64,000 nucleotides of DNA from an uncultured Desulfarculus sp. (GTDB lineage Bacteria; Desulfobacterota; Desulfarculia; Desulfarculales; Desulfarculaceae). The notes under the pieces are model-generated. The model saw only the letters and a list, made by a program, of their open reading frames with translations, made no database searches and was not told the DNA's origin. The position numbers were made by a program, and so were the translations under genes. Of the stretch, positions 21,178 through 30,584 are shown in pieces (position 1 is the first letter of the stretch; each line of letters begins with the position of its first letter). The stretch is taken from the NCBI GenBank assembly GCA_963665125.2, contig CAXXUK010000001.1:2688001-2752000 (forward strand), read 5' to 3'.

Positions 21178-23298
21178 CTAGAACTTGAACAGCTTTTCGA
21201 TGAGCTGGGACTTCATCACATCGCCGTCGATGGCCATCTTGCCTCCGGTGAAGGCGGCCATGGCGTTGAGCTGGCCACTGATCATGGCCACGAAGTCGGC
21301 GTCACCCATCTTGATGGTGGTTGTGGGGCTGCCGTGGGATCCTTCCACGACCTCCAGCGAACCATTGGACACGATTGTGTGCCACTGGCCTCCGTCCGGT
21401 CCGCTGATGATGTACTGGAACACCACGTCCACACCAGCCGCCGCGTCGGCCTGGAACTTGTCGGCCATGCCCGCGAAGATGTCGGCCACGGTCATGCCGC
21501 CGCCGCTGTCGGCCGCTTCCTTCTTGGGCGACCAGGCCTCAAAGAAGGGCACCAGCGAAGAGTTCAAGTCGGGGAATTCCACCGCGCCGTCCATTTTGCC
21601 GATAGCCTTGATCTTGTCGGCAACCTGCTCGGCGGTGGGGAACGCATCTTCCTGGCCCACGGTGGCGCCGGGGCCGGTGAGCACCGCGGCGCGGTTGTAG
21701 TAGCCCGCTCCGGCGTTGTAGACATGGCCGGTGGCCTTGCACTGCTCGGAGCAAAGGTACAGCACCAGCGGCGTGACGAATTCCGGCCTTAGCTTGGCCA
21801 GCATGTCCGGGGGCAGTATGTCCTCGGTGAGCCGGGTGGCGGCCACCGGAGCCACGGTGTTGACGTTGATGTTGTAGCGTCCGCCCTCGAGCTTGAGGGT
21901 GTTCATCAGGCCCACCAGGCCTAGCTTGGCCGCCGAGTAGTTGGTCTGGCCGAAGTTGCCGTAGAGACCCGCGGCGCTGGTGGTGAAGATGATGCGTCCG
22001 TAGCCCTGATCGCGCATGGCCTTGAAGGCCGGCCGGGTCACGTAGTACGCGCCGTTGAAATGCACGTCCATGATGGCGTCCCAATCGGCGGGCTCCATCT
22101 TGACCAGGCTGCGGTCCCTGAGGATGCCCGCGTTGTTGATCAGGATGTCCACCCTGCCGAAGGCGTCCATGGCCGTCTTGACGATGTTGTCGCCGCCTTC
22201 GGCGGTGGCCACGCTGTCATAGTTGGCCACGGCCTCGCCGCCCATGGCCTTGATTTCCTCGACAACCGCGTCGGCCGCCGAGGAGCCCGCGCCGGAGCCG
22301 TCCCGTGCGCCGCCCAGGTCGTTGATGACGACCTTGGCCCCGCGTTTGGCCAGCTCCATGGCGTAAGCCTTGCCCAGGCCCGCGCCCGCGCCGGTGACGA
22401 TGGCCACCTGGCCGTCGAAGTTGATGGCGCCCAGCTTGGCCCGGCGATCCATCTCGGCGTCGCTAAGCCATTCGACCTCGCCGCGGTCGATGACCACGTC
22501 GCCGGTTTCGGCGTTGATCACCCGGAACAGGGCCTTGCCATCGTCGATCTTCCATATCTGGGTCTTGATGGCCACGCCGGGATACAGGGTGCGGCTGAAA
22601 CGGACCTTGAAGCGGCTGAGCCGGTCCGGGTTGCCGCCCAGCAGGTTCTTGATCACCGCGCGGCAGGCATAGCCGTGGGTGCACAGGCCGTGCATGATCG
22701 GCTTTTCGAATCCGGCCATCTTGGCGAAGGCCGGGTCCACGTGCAGGTCGAAAGTGTCGCCGCTTAGACGGTAGATCAGGGGTTGATCAGACGAAGGAGT
22801 TGCTTCTTCCACGAAATCCGGTTCGCGGTCGGGCGCGACGAAGACTTCCTTGGCAGGAGCTTCACCGCCAAAACCGCCGTCCTTGCGGGCGAATACGGTC
22901 AGAATGTTTTTGAACAACTTCTGCCCGTTGGAATGGAAGGTGTCGGCTTCGGCCACGATTGTCGCGCCCTTGCCTTGGCCGAGGTCGTACATGCCCGTGA
23001 TACGGCCTTCGGTGATCAGTTCACCTTCAATTGGAATCGGATTGTAGAAAATAAGCTCTTGGCCGCCGTGCAGCACGCCGGACAGATCCAGTTCGGACTT
23101 GATGCCAACTTCCGCCAGGAAGTTGAAGATCGCCGCAATGGAGAAACTGGGAATTACCTTGAGCTTCTTTTCGTACACAAAATCCAGCTCATCAAAACCA
23201 GCCCCGACGCCCAGCGCATAAAGCGCGACGTCCTTCCAGCCGTACGACTTGGTCAACGGGCCGATTTTTTTATTGATGGCGTCCAGGTTAAGAGCCAT
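21178..23298 (-). CDS. MFE-2-like multifunctional enzyme: MaoC/hydratase-2 double hot-dog + SDR + SCP2
   Basis: Start MALNLDA at 23298 after GGAGGAGG; LYALGVG, YRLSGDTFDLHVDP..A..AGFEKPIMHGLC; TGAGAGLG, YSAAK; SCP2 C-terminus. Confidence 0.9.
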   Translation of the reverse strand: MALNLDAINKKIGPLTKSYGWKDVALYALGVGAGFDELDFVYEKKLKVIPSFSIAAIFNFLAEVGIKSELDLSGVLHGGQELIFYNPIPIEGELITEGRITGMYDLGQGKGATIVAEADTFHSNGQKLFKNILTVFARKDGGFGGEAPAKEVFVAPDREPDFVEEATPSSDQPLIYRLSGDTFDLHVDPAFAKMAGFEKPIMHGLCTHGYACRAVIKNLLGGNPDRLSRFKVRFSRTLYPGVAIKTQIWKIDDGKALFRVINAETGDVVIDRGEVEWLSDAEMDRRAKLGAINFDGQVAIVTGAGAGLGKAYAMELAKRGAKVVINDLGGARDGSGAGSSAADAVVEEIKAMGGEAVANYDSVATAEGGDNIVKTAMDAFGRVDILINNAGILRDRSLVKMEPADWDAIMDVHFNGAYYVTRPAFKAMRDQGYGRIIFTTSAAGLYGNFGQTNYSAAKLGLVGLMNTLKLEGGRYNINVNTVAPVAATRLTEDILPPDMLAKLRPEFVTPLVLYLCSEQCKATGHVYNAGAGYYNRAAVLTGPGATVGQEDAFPTAEQVADKIKAIGKMDGAVEFPDLNSSLVPFFEAWSPKKEAADSGGGMTVADIFAGMADKFQADAAAGVDVVFQYIISGPDGGQWHTIVSNGSLEVVEGSHGSPTTTIKMGDADFVAMISGQLNAMAAFTGGKMAIDGDVMKSQLIEKLFKF

Positions 23299-23388
23299 CT
23301 GGCCTCCTCCGCTGTTTTTGTTTACGCCTAAACCCCACCGTGGCACGGCGGTGAATCCGCCGCCACGATATTTGATCAAACAGTTTAT

Positions 23389-23404
23389 TCCAACATTTGT
23401 TGGA
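23389..23404. promoter_or_regulatory. Palindromic operator, copy 1 (likely TetR site)
   Basis: TCCAACA-TT-TGTTGGA upstream of the catabolic operon; identical copy upstream of tetR. Confidence 0.75.
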
Positions 23405-23468
23405 TAATAATTTCAGCTAGTTCATCAACCCCCTTACGCCTAATTAATAGTTTCCGTTCCTTAATGCG

Positions 23469-24113
23469 CTAGCTATGGTGCGTGACTTGATATTCACCGG
23501 CAAATGCCGGAATCATTATGAATTTGAGCGTCCGCTTCACGGACTTGCGATAGGCTTCCTCGCCCAGGTTGAACAGGTTGCTGAAGAAGTCTTCCCCGGA
23601 CACGAAATTGTGAATGGCCATGATGATCGCCAGGACCTCCATCTTGGTGTCGGTGGCCACGCTGCCGTCGGGCTGCCTCATGCCCATGGACCGGCCGATA
23701 TCGGCCGCGAATACCGGCAAACGAGCGTCCCAGGCCATGTCGTGCCGGGTCTTATAAAAAAACCTCATCAGGTTTAAATTGCTGATCTCCGATTGCTCAA
23801 AGAGATAATCAATGAGCATGTCCAGAGCTATCTCGATACGCTCGGCCAAGGGCCTGCCCTTGATCACCTTTTCAACCCGGACCAACTCGCTGCCCAGGTC
23901 GTCGGTGATGTCGGTGAGCACGGCCTCGTAAAGATCGCCCTTGTCGCCCCAGTGGTAATAGAGCGTGGATACGTCTATGCCCACCTCCTGAGCAATTATC
24001 CTCATCGTCGCTCCATGGAAGCCGTAAGCTCCGAAGACCTTGCGGGCCTTGGACAGAATACGGGCCTTCATGGAGTCGGGGTCTTTTCTTGCTGCCTCAA
24101 GAGGATTTTTCAA
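23469..24113 (-). CDS. TetR/AcrR-family transcriptional regulator
   Basis: ILSKARKVFGAYGFHGATMRIIAQEVGIDVSTLYYHWGDKGDLY HTH. Confidence 0.92.
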   Translation of the reverse strand: MKNPLEAARKDPDSMKARILSKARKVFGAYGFHGATMRIIAQEVGIDVSTLYYHWGDKGDLYEAVLTDITDDLGSELVRVEKVIKGRPLAERIEIALDMLIDYLFEQSEISNLNLMRFFYKTRHDMAWDARLPVFAADIGRSMGMRQPDGSVATDTKMEVLAIIMAIHNFVSGEDFFSNLFNLGEEAYRKSVKRTLKFIMIPAFAGEYQVTHHS

Positions 24114-24133
24114 CGGCTGTTCCCAATCATATT

Positions 24134-24180
24134 TTCCAACATTTGTTGGAAGCCTATATTTAGGCCGGATATTCTGTCAA
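24134..24180 (-). promoter_or_regulatory. tetR promoter with operator copy 2
   Basis: TTGACA (24180-24175), N18, TAGGCT (24156-24151), abutting TTCCAACATTTGTTGGAA (24134-24151). Confidence 0.7.
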
Positions 24181-24467
24181 GGGTTTTTTAATCCCGCAGG
24201 CACCTCACCGGAAGGCCACATCTTAAAAATACTTTTATTTCAAACGCTAATACTTCGTTCATTACGGTAAACAAAATTTACAATGGCTGGTTGATCATGG
24301 TTGGGTGGCCAAAGGGCCTTGGCCGGTGCTATCCTTTTAACTGCTCTATGCAGCTTAATTGTTTTATGCAGCCAGGCGGCACGGGCTTTGCCAACGGCGG
24401 AAAACCCACAGGCAGGCCTTTTACGACATTTCTCCCTTTTGCCCGAGGTACAGATTTCGTCTTGTCT

Positions 24468-27263
24468 ATGACCAAACTGGGCATAATCATTCTGGGCCTT
24501 TTGGCCCTGGTCGCGGCCGCGCAGTTGGCCAAGCCGCTATGGCAACGTGCGCGCAACCGCCTGCGCTCACGCCCCAAAAGCAGCGTCCAGGCCATTGCCC
24601 GGACCAAGACCAGGCTGGACGTGCGCCTGTTGTGCCGCAGCTTGGGCTCCGGGGACCCCAAGATACGCCGGGCCGCGGCCGACGCCATCGCCGACATCGT
24701 CGTGGCCGGCGGACTGGCCAACCTCGGCCGGGCCCTGATGACCAGGGACATGGAAGTACGAACCTTCGCCGCCCTGTGGGCGCTGGCCTACAGCTATGAT
24801 TCGTCCTCCACTGGTCAGGTTTTTTCAGAGCTTGAAGGCATGCCCCAAATGTCCTACGCCAACGAACCGTCGCTGTTGATGCTGCAAATGGTGGATCATC
24901 TGGGCGTCGACAGGCTGGTGCGCGACCTGGGAGACGGCAACGCCGATGTGCGTTCCATCTCCGGCCTGGCCTGCGACGAGATATACCGCATCGCCGGGGT
25001 AGATCCGTTCGTCAAAGTATTGCAAAGCAGCGACGCCAACCTGCGCAAGCTGGCGGCCTGGGTCCTGGGGGCGTTCGGCGACCCGGACGCCTCGCCGTGG
25101 CTGGGAGCGGCGCTACAGGACGATGACATCTGGGTGCATCTGGAAGCCGCGGCGGCCATGTGGAAGATCCGCGACGCCAGAGGCGTCAAACCGCTGTTGA
25201 CCCTGATGGACAACGAAGTGGAAAACGTGGCCGCCCTGGCCCGCAAACGCCTGGCCGACATCGGCCCGGTAAAGGGCCTGGAGCAACTTGAGCCAGCCTT
25301 GTCCGACCGTTACAGCGGCGTGCGGGTCCAGGCTGTCGAGGCCATGGCCCTTTTAAGGGACCCCAAGGCGGTGCCGCTGTTGGCGCCTGTGTTGGCCGAA
25401 GGCGGGCACACCCTGCGAGAGGAAGCGGCCAAGGCCCTGGGGGTCATCGGCCATGCCTCGGCCCTGGAGCCCCTGGCCCAGGCCCTGGAAGACAAACGGC
25501 GGGACACGGCCCAGGAGCCCACCCGCATGGCGGCCGCCCGCTCCCTGGGCCGCATAGGCAGCATCAAGGCCTTGGCTCCCCTTGCCAGGGCCATGCAACA
25601 AGACACTCTGCGGCAGGCAGCCCAGGACGCCCTCATCGAATTGGCCGCCAAGGTGGGCAGCGGACCACTTCTGGCGGCCTTGGCCGACCAGGATGAAGCC
25701 GTGCGCCACGGCGCGGCCTTTGCCTTGCGTCACGCCACCGAACAAACAGCCCTGGAGCCACTGCTGCGGGCCCTTGCCGATTCGTCGGCAAAGGTCAGGG
25801 CCGAGGCGGCGGCGGCGCTGGGGCGCAGCGGCGACCCCGCCGCCGTGCCCCATCTGATCGAGGCCCTGGCCCTGACCGAAGAGGCATGGCCGGCCCTGGT
25901 GCGAATCGGGCCCATGGCGGCCAGCCCGCTGCTGGAGGCTTTGAAAAGGCCCAACGCCAACGAAAGAATGCGGGCGGCCCTGGCCCTTGGCGGCATCGGC
26001 GCGGCCGTGGCCGCCGAACCGCTGTGCGATTTGCTTTCGGACAATGTGCCCGCCGTGCGGGCGGCGGCGGCAAAGGCCATGGGCCAGTTGGGCCAGACAA
26101 GCGTCTCGGCCAAACTGACGCCGCTGTTGGGCGACAAGGACCAGGACGTTGTCCTGGCCGCCGCCGAGGCCCTGGGCAACATGCATAGCGGAGCGGCCGT
26201 AGGCGCGCTGCTGGCCATGCTGGAAGACAATTCCGCCGACATACGCCGGACCGCGGCAAAGGCCCTGGGCAACATCGGCGAAGCCGAGGCCGTGCCCGAC
26301 CTGACGCGGCTGATCAAGGATGACAACTTGGATGTGCGGGCCTCCGCCGTGGACGCCCTGGGCAACATCGGCGGTCCCAAGGCGGTGGGTGCGCTTATCG
26401 ACGGCCTTTTGGGGCTCAGCGACCCCGTGGCCAAACGGGCCGCGGCGGCATTGGGCCGCCTGGGCGCGCCCGAGGCCCTGGGGGCTCTGGCCGAGGTCAT
26501 GTACGAGGCCGCCCTGGCCGAACCGGCGGCAAAGGCCTTGGCCGATATCGGCAAGTCCCTGGGGCCCGACGAACTCAACCGGGCTCTCAAGTCAAGGGAC
26601 GCCACGACCCGGCTGGGCGCGGCAAACGCCCTGCGCCACAGCCCCCACGAGCGCTGCATCGGCACGCTCATCGCCCTGCTGGAGGACCGCGACCCCAGGG
26701 TGCGCGCCGGCGCGGCCCAGGCCTTGGGCGTGGCCGCACGGCAAGAGGCCGTGGCTCCGCTGGCCGCCGCCCTGGGCGACAAGGAAAAATCCGTTGCCGA
26801 TCAGGTGGCCGGGGCGCTTTTCGCCATCGGCGCCGCTGCCACACCCACTCTGCTCGGGAAGTTGCGCTCCGGCGACGGACGCTCCCGCCGCCGGGCGGCA
26901 AGGGTTCTGGCCCTGTTGGAAGACCGCCGGGCCGAGGACCCCTTGAAATACGCCATGGCCGACGCCCAGCCCGAGGTCCGGGTCGAGGCGGCTCTTGGCC
27001 TTGGGGTGTTGAAATCATCATCATCGGTGGATTTGCTGACCGAGGCCCTGCGCGACAGCAGCAAGGAGGTCCGCGCAGCCGCGGCCCAGGCCCTGGGAGA
27101 TATCGGCCAGGAAAAGGCCATCCGCCCCCTGGTCCGGGCCAAGAGCGACAGTGTAAAGGCCGTGCGCGACGCTTCCCTTGAAGCCCTGAAGAAGATCGGC
27201 AAGGACAAGGTGGCCGAAGTCATGGCCCAATACGGCCAGGAAGAATTTATTGAGTTGGACTAA
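24468..27263 (+). CDS. Membrane-anchored HEAT/PBS-lyase repeat protein
   Basis: N-terminal hydrophobic segment (LGIIILGLLALVAAA), then many L.D....VR..AA.ALG repeats; start chosen at ATG 24468 (ORF is open from 24291). Confidence 0.85.
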   Translation: MTKLGIIILGLLALVAAAQLAKPLWQRARNRLRSRPKSSVQAIARTKTRLDVRLLCRSLGSGDPKIRRAAADAIADIVVAGGLANLGRALMTRDMEVRTFAALWALAYSYDSSSTGQVFSELEGMPQMSYANEPSLLMLQMVDHLGVDRLVRDLGDGNADVRSISGLACDEIYRIAGVDPFVKVLQSSDANLRKLAAWVLGAFGDPDASPWLGAALQDDDIWVHLEAAAAMWKIRDARGVKPLLTLMDNEVENVAALARKRLADIGPVKGLEQLEPALSDRYSGVRVQAVEAMALLRDPKAVPLLAPVLAEGGHTLREEAAKALGVIGHASALEPLAQALEDKRRDTAQEPTRMAAARSLGRIGSIKALAPLARAMQQDTLRQAAQDALIELAAKVGSGPLLAALADQDEAVRHGAAFALRHATEQTALEPLLRALADSSAKVRAEAAAALGRSGDPAAVPHLIEALALTEEAWPALVRIGPMAASPLLEALKRPNANERMRAALALGGIGAAVAAEPLCDLLSDNVPAVRAAAAKAMGQLGQTSVSAKLTPLLGDKDQDVVLAAAEALGNMHSGAAVGALLAMLEDNSADIRRTAAKALGNIGEAEAVPDLTRLIKDDNLDVRASAVDALGNIGGPKAVGALIDGLLGLSDPVAKRAAAALGRLGAPEALGALAEVMYEAALAEPAAKALADIGKSLGPDELNRALKSRDATTRLGAANALRHSPHERCIGTLIALLEDRDPRVRAGAAQALGVAARQEAVAPLAAALGDKEKSVADQVAGALFAIGAAATPTLLGKLRSGDGRSRRRAARVLALLEDRRAEDPLKYAMADAQPEVRVEAALGLGVLKSSSSVDLLTEALRDSSKEVRAAAAQALGDIGQEKAIRPLVRAKSDSVKAVRDASLEALKKIGKDKVAEVMAQYGQEEFIELD

Positions 27264-27334
27264 CCACCATCTCCTTCAGATAATGAAATTGGGCAAACCA
27301 TAAGACCGATTTGTTGCTTTGGGGGAAAACAACC

Positions 27335-29077
27335 ATGCACAACTCCTGTTTTGAAGTAACGCCGAAACAATGGATGGCCATACCAGGCGCCGAAAATTCG
27401 AGTCTGTTTGCCATCATCGACAAGCCCAGTATTCGCACCAGCAATGTCTATCTCATTCACACGCCTTCCTGCTTTTTGGTTATCGACAGCGGTTCCGACG
27501 CTGATCATTTGGCCCTGGCCAGGCAGGCCGCCAGTCAGCTTGCCGGAGATTCAAGACTGCCCGTGGTGGTGCTGTTGACCCACTGTCATTATGACCATTG
27601 CGGCCACTTGACTGACGACAACAGGGACCTGCTGGAACAAGGGCCCCAGGCCACGGCGATCCATTGGCAAGGCGCCGAGCACCTGGCTCTGGCCGACGCC
27701 AAAGCCACCATCGCCGAGATCGGCGAAGTGGAGATCAAGCCGTATTACGCCGATGTCCATCTGTTCAGCCCCAAAGCCCGGGACCAGTCCTTCACCCTGG
27801 GCGATGGGGAATTTTCCTTGCGTCAAAAAAACTGGGCCATCCCCGGAGCAGAGCCGGGCTTGCTCCAAGTATTGACCTTGCCCCATGGCCAGGAAGTGAT
27901 GATCTACTCCACGCCAGGGCACTCGCCGGATTCCTGCTGCGTACAGGTCGGCGATTTGCTGTTTATCGGCGACATCCCGGTGGCAACGGCGCCATTCACG
28001 GCGGGAATCCACGGCTGGCAGGCCGAGCGGTTCACCCATTCCCTGATTGGGCTAACGGCCCTTTTGAATAGCGGCCAAGTGTCGCATTGCCTGCCGGGCC
28101 ACGGCGGAGCCATGGATTCAGACAAAACCTTGATGATCTTCGGCAAGCTCGCCAAACAGTGCCGGATTCTGGGTTCTCTGGAACTTTGCGACAGCGGCCG
28201 CATCGGATATTTTTCCGACTACGGCGGCGCATTGTTGGAGCAGATAAACGAAAAGTTCGACATGGTCGCCGTCCGCCTGGAGCGCCTCTCGCAGAAGCTG
28301 AATGAACTGGAAGAATCCGGCGCGGCGAAAAAATGCCGCCAAATGCTGGACCAGGCCTCGGCCAGGAAATTTCTGGAGCAATACGAGCTGATGCGGGTAG
28401 CCTACCGCTCGGGCCGCCACAGCAAGGCGGAAATGTCGATGAGCGCCTTCCGCACCGTGACCAGCCTTGGGCGTTTGGTTGACTTCGAACGTATGGCCCA
28501 AGTGGTAAACCCGTTTATCCTGGGAAGGCTCAAATTGCTTCTGACCGACTTCAGCCGGGCGGCCCAGGGCCTGCGTTTTACCGAGGCGGCCCAGACAGCC
28601 GACCTCAACGCCGAAGCCTTGCGAGTGATCCGCCTTAGCCTGGACCCGTTCGGGGCTCAGCCGGCCAACCCCGAAGACATTCCCCATGGCGAAGAGGAAT
28701 TCAGGGATTACCTGATCAAGCGCATCGCCCAGGTGCCGGTGTTTGTCAACACCGAGGTCGTCTGCGATATCGACGATTCAATTCGTATCGCGGCGCCGCT
28801 GATCCTGCCCCGCTTTGACCACTGCCTTGACATGCTCCTGGTGCGCCTGGCCCAAAGCGAGGCCCGGCGGATATCGCTGAGCACCAGCGGCGGCCAGGAG
28901 CCCCGGCTCAACCTTGACGCCGAATTCGAGCAGCCGCCGACCACGCCTCAGCTGATGGCCCTGGTGGCCGCTCGGCGCTGGCTGCCGACAGCGGCAATTG
29001 ACAGCACCCTCCACGTTGACGGCACGTGCTTGTCGATGAGCTTGAGTTTTAACGAAGAGTCAGCCTTGCCGTATTAG
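27335..29077 (+). CDS. MBL-fold metallo-hydrolase with long C-terminal extension
   Basis: VIDSG, THCHYDHC, TPGHSPD, FIGD, LPGHG motifs. Confidence 0.8.
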   Translation: MHNSCFEVTPKQWMAIPGAENSSLFAIIDKPSIRTSNVYLIHTPSCFLVIDSGSDADHLALARQAASQLAGDSRLPVVVLLTHCHYDHCGHLTDDNRDLLEQGPQATAIHWQGAEHLALADAKATIAEIGEVEIKPYYADVHLFSPKARDQSFTLGDGEFSLRQKNWAIPGAEPGLLQVLTLPHGQEVMIYSTPGHSPDSCCVQVGDLLFIGDIPVATAPFTAGIHGWQAERFTHSLIGLTALLNSGQVSHCLPGHGGAMDSDKTLMIFGKLAKQCRILGSLELCDSGRIGYFSDYGGALLEQINEKFDMVAVRLERLSQKLNELEESGAAKKCRQMLDQASARKFLEQYELMRVAYRSGRHSKAEMSMSAFRTVTSLGRLVDFERMAQVVNPFILGRLKLLLTDFSRAAQGLRFTEAAQTADLNAEALRVIRLSLDPFGAQPANPEDIPHGEEEFRDYLIKRIAQVPVFVNTEVVCDIDDSIRIAAPLILPRFDHCLDMLLVRLAQSEARRISLSTSGGQEPRLNLDAEFEQPPTTPQLMALVAARRWLPTAAIDSTLHVDGTCLSMSLSFNEESALPY

Positions 29078-29083
29078 GCGGGA

Positions 29084-29791
29084 TCAATCCATACCCAAAT
29101 ACGCCCGCTGCACCCTGCCGTCGGCGGCTAGTTCCTTGCCGCCGCCGGTGAGCACCACCTTGCCTGTTTCCAGGACATAGCCCCGTTTGCTGATACTCAG
29201 CGCCGCCGATGCGTTTTGCTCCACCAGCAGGATCGTCACGCCCTGGGCGGCGATGCGCCGGATGATGTTGAACACCTCGGCCACCAACAGCGGCGCCAGG
29301 CCCAGGCTGGGCTCATCGAGCATCAGCAGCTTGGGCTGGCTCATCAGCGAGCGGCCCAGGGCCAGCATCTGCTGTTCGCCGCCGCTTAATGTGCCCGCGT
29401 ACTGATGCCTGCGCTGGGCCAGGCGGGGAAAAGTCTCGTATATCCGGTCGATGTCGGCGTCGTGTTCACTGTCCCGTTTGCGGCTGTAGCCCCCCAGCAC
29501 CAGGTTTTCATGAACCGTGAGGTTGGCGAAGACCCGGCGGCCCTCGGGCGTGAGGATCAGCCCCTGGCGGGCCAGTTTGTGGGCCTTGGTGCCGGTGATT
29601 TCCCTGCCCTGGAAGATGATCTTGCCCGCGGCGGGTTTTAAGAGGCCGCTGGCCGCCCCCAGCAACGTCGATTTGCCCGCGCCGTTGGAGCCGATAAGGC
29701 AAGCTATCTCGCCCTCGTCAACGTGCAGGTCCACCCCGCGCAGGGCTGTTATGCCGCCATAGCGCACCACCAGGCCGCGAATCTCAAGCAT
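29084..29791 (-). CDS. livF: Branched-chain amino acid ABC transporter ATPase
   Basis: GSNGAGKST, PEGRRVF, LSGGEQQML, LDEPSLGLAP. Confidence 0.93.
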   Translation of the reverse strand: MLEIRGLVVRYGGITALRGVDLHVDEGEIACLIGSNGAGKSTLLGAASGLLKPAAGKIIFQGREITGTKAHKLARQGLILTPEGRRVFANLTVHENLVLGGYSRKRDSEHDADIDRIYETFPRLAQRRHQYAGTLSGGEQQMLALGRSLMSQPKLLMLDEPSLGLAPLLVAEVFNIIRRIAAQGVTILLVEQNASAALSISKRGYVLETGKVVLTGGGKELAADGRVQRAYLGMD

Positions 29792-30584
29792 CGCCGCCCT
29801 CCTCCTGGGCCATCTCGATGCCCGCGCCCAGATAGGCCTCGATCACAGCCTTGTCAAGCTGCACCGCGCGGGGCGTGCCCCTGGCGATGACCCGGCCCTG
29901 GTCAAGGACGGTAAGGCTCTGGCAGATGTTCATCACAAAGTGCATATCATGCTCGATGAGCAGGATGGTCAGACCCATCTCGTCCCGCAGGCGCAGAACC
30001 AGCCTGGAAAGCGTGGCCGTCTCCTGGGGGTTCATGCCCGCGGCGGGCTCATCCAACAGCAGCAGCTTTGGGCCGGTGGCCAGGGCCCTGGCGATCTCCA
30101 ACAGCCGCTGGCTGCCGTAGGCCAGGTTGGCGGCCTTTTCGTTGATCAGCCTGCCCAGGCCCACCAGCTCCAGCAACTCCTCGGCCCGTTTTTCCATTTG
30201 GCGCTCCTGGCGCACATAGCCCGGCAGGCGCAGGATGGCCGAGATGAAGCTGGCCCGGAGCCCGCCGTGGAAGCCAACCAGCACGTTTTCCAGGGCCGAC
30301 AGATCGCCGAACAGGCGGATGTTTTGAAAGGTGCGGGCGATGCCCCGGTGGTTGATACGGCTGGGCCGCAGCCCGGCCAGGTCCCTGCCTTCGAAGGTCA
30401 CCCGTCCACCGGTGGGTTTGACCCGGCCGGTGATCAGGTTGAAACAGGTGGTCTTGCCCGCGCCGTTGGGGCCGATGAGCCCGGCCAAGACGCCCGGCTC
30501 GAGCTCCAGATCCAGACCGTCCACGGCCCTTAGCCCGCCGAAGGAACAGCTCAGGCCCTTGATTTCCAACAGGGACCGTCTCAT
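29784..30584 (-). CDS. livG: Branched-chain amino acid ABC transporter ATPase
   Basis: GPNGAGKTT, ARTFQNIRLF, LAYGSQR, LDEPAAG. Confidence 0.93.
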   Translation of the reverse strand: MRRSLLEIKGLSCSFGGLRAVDGLDLELEPGVLAGLIGPNGAGKTTCFNLITGRVKPTGGRVTFEGRDLAGLRPSRINHRGIARTFQNIRLFGDLSALENVLVGFHGGLRASFISAILRLPGYVRQERQMEKRAEELLELVGLGRLINEKAANLAYGSQRLLEIARALATGPKLLLLDEPAAGMNPQETATLSRLVLRLRDEMGLTILLIEHDMHFVMNICQSLTVLDQGRVIARGTPRAVQLDKAVIEAYLGAGIEMAQEEGGDA

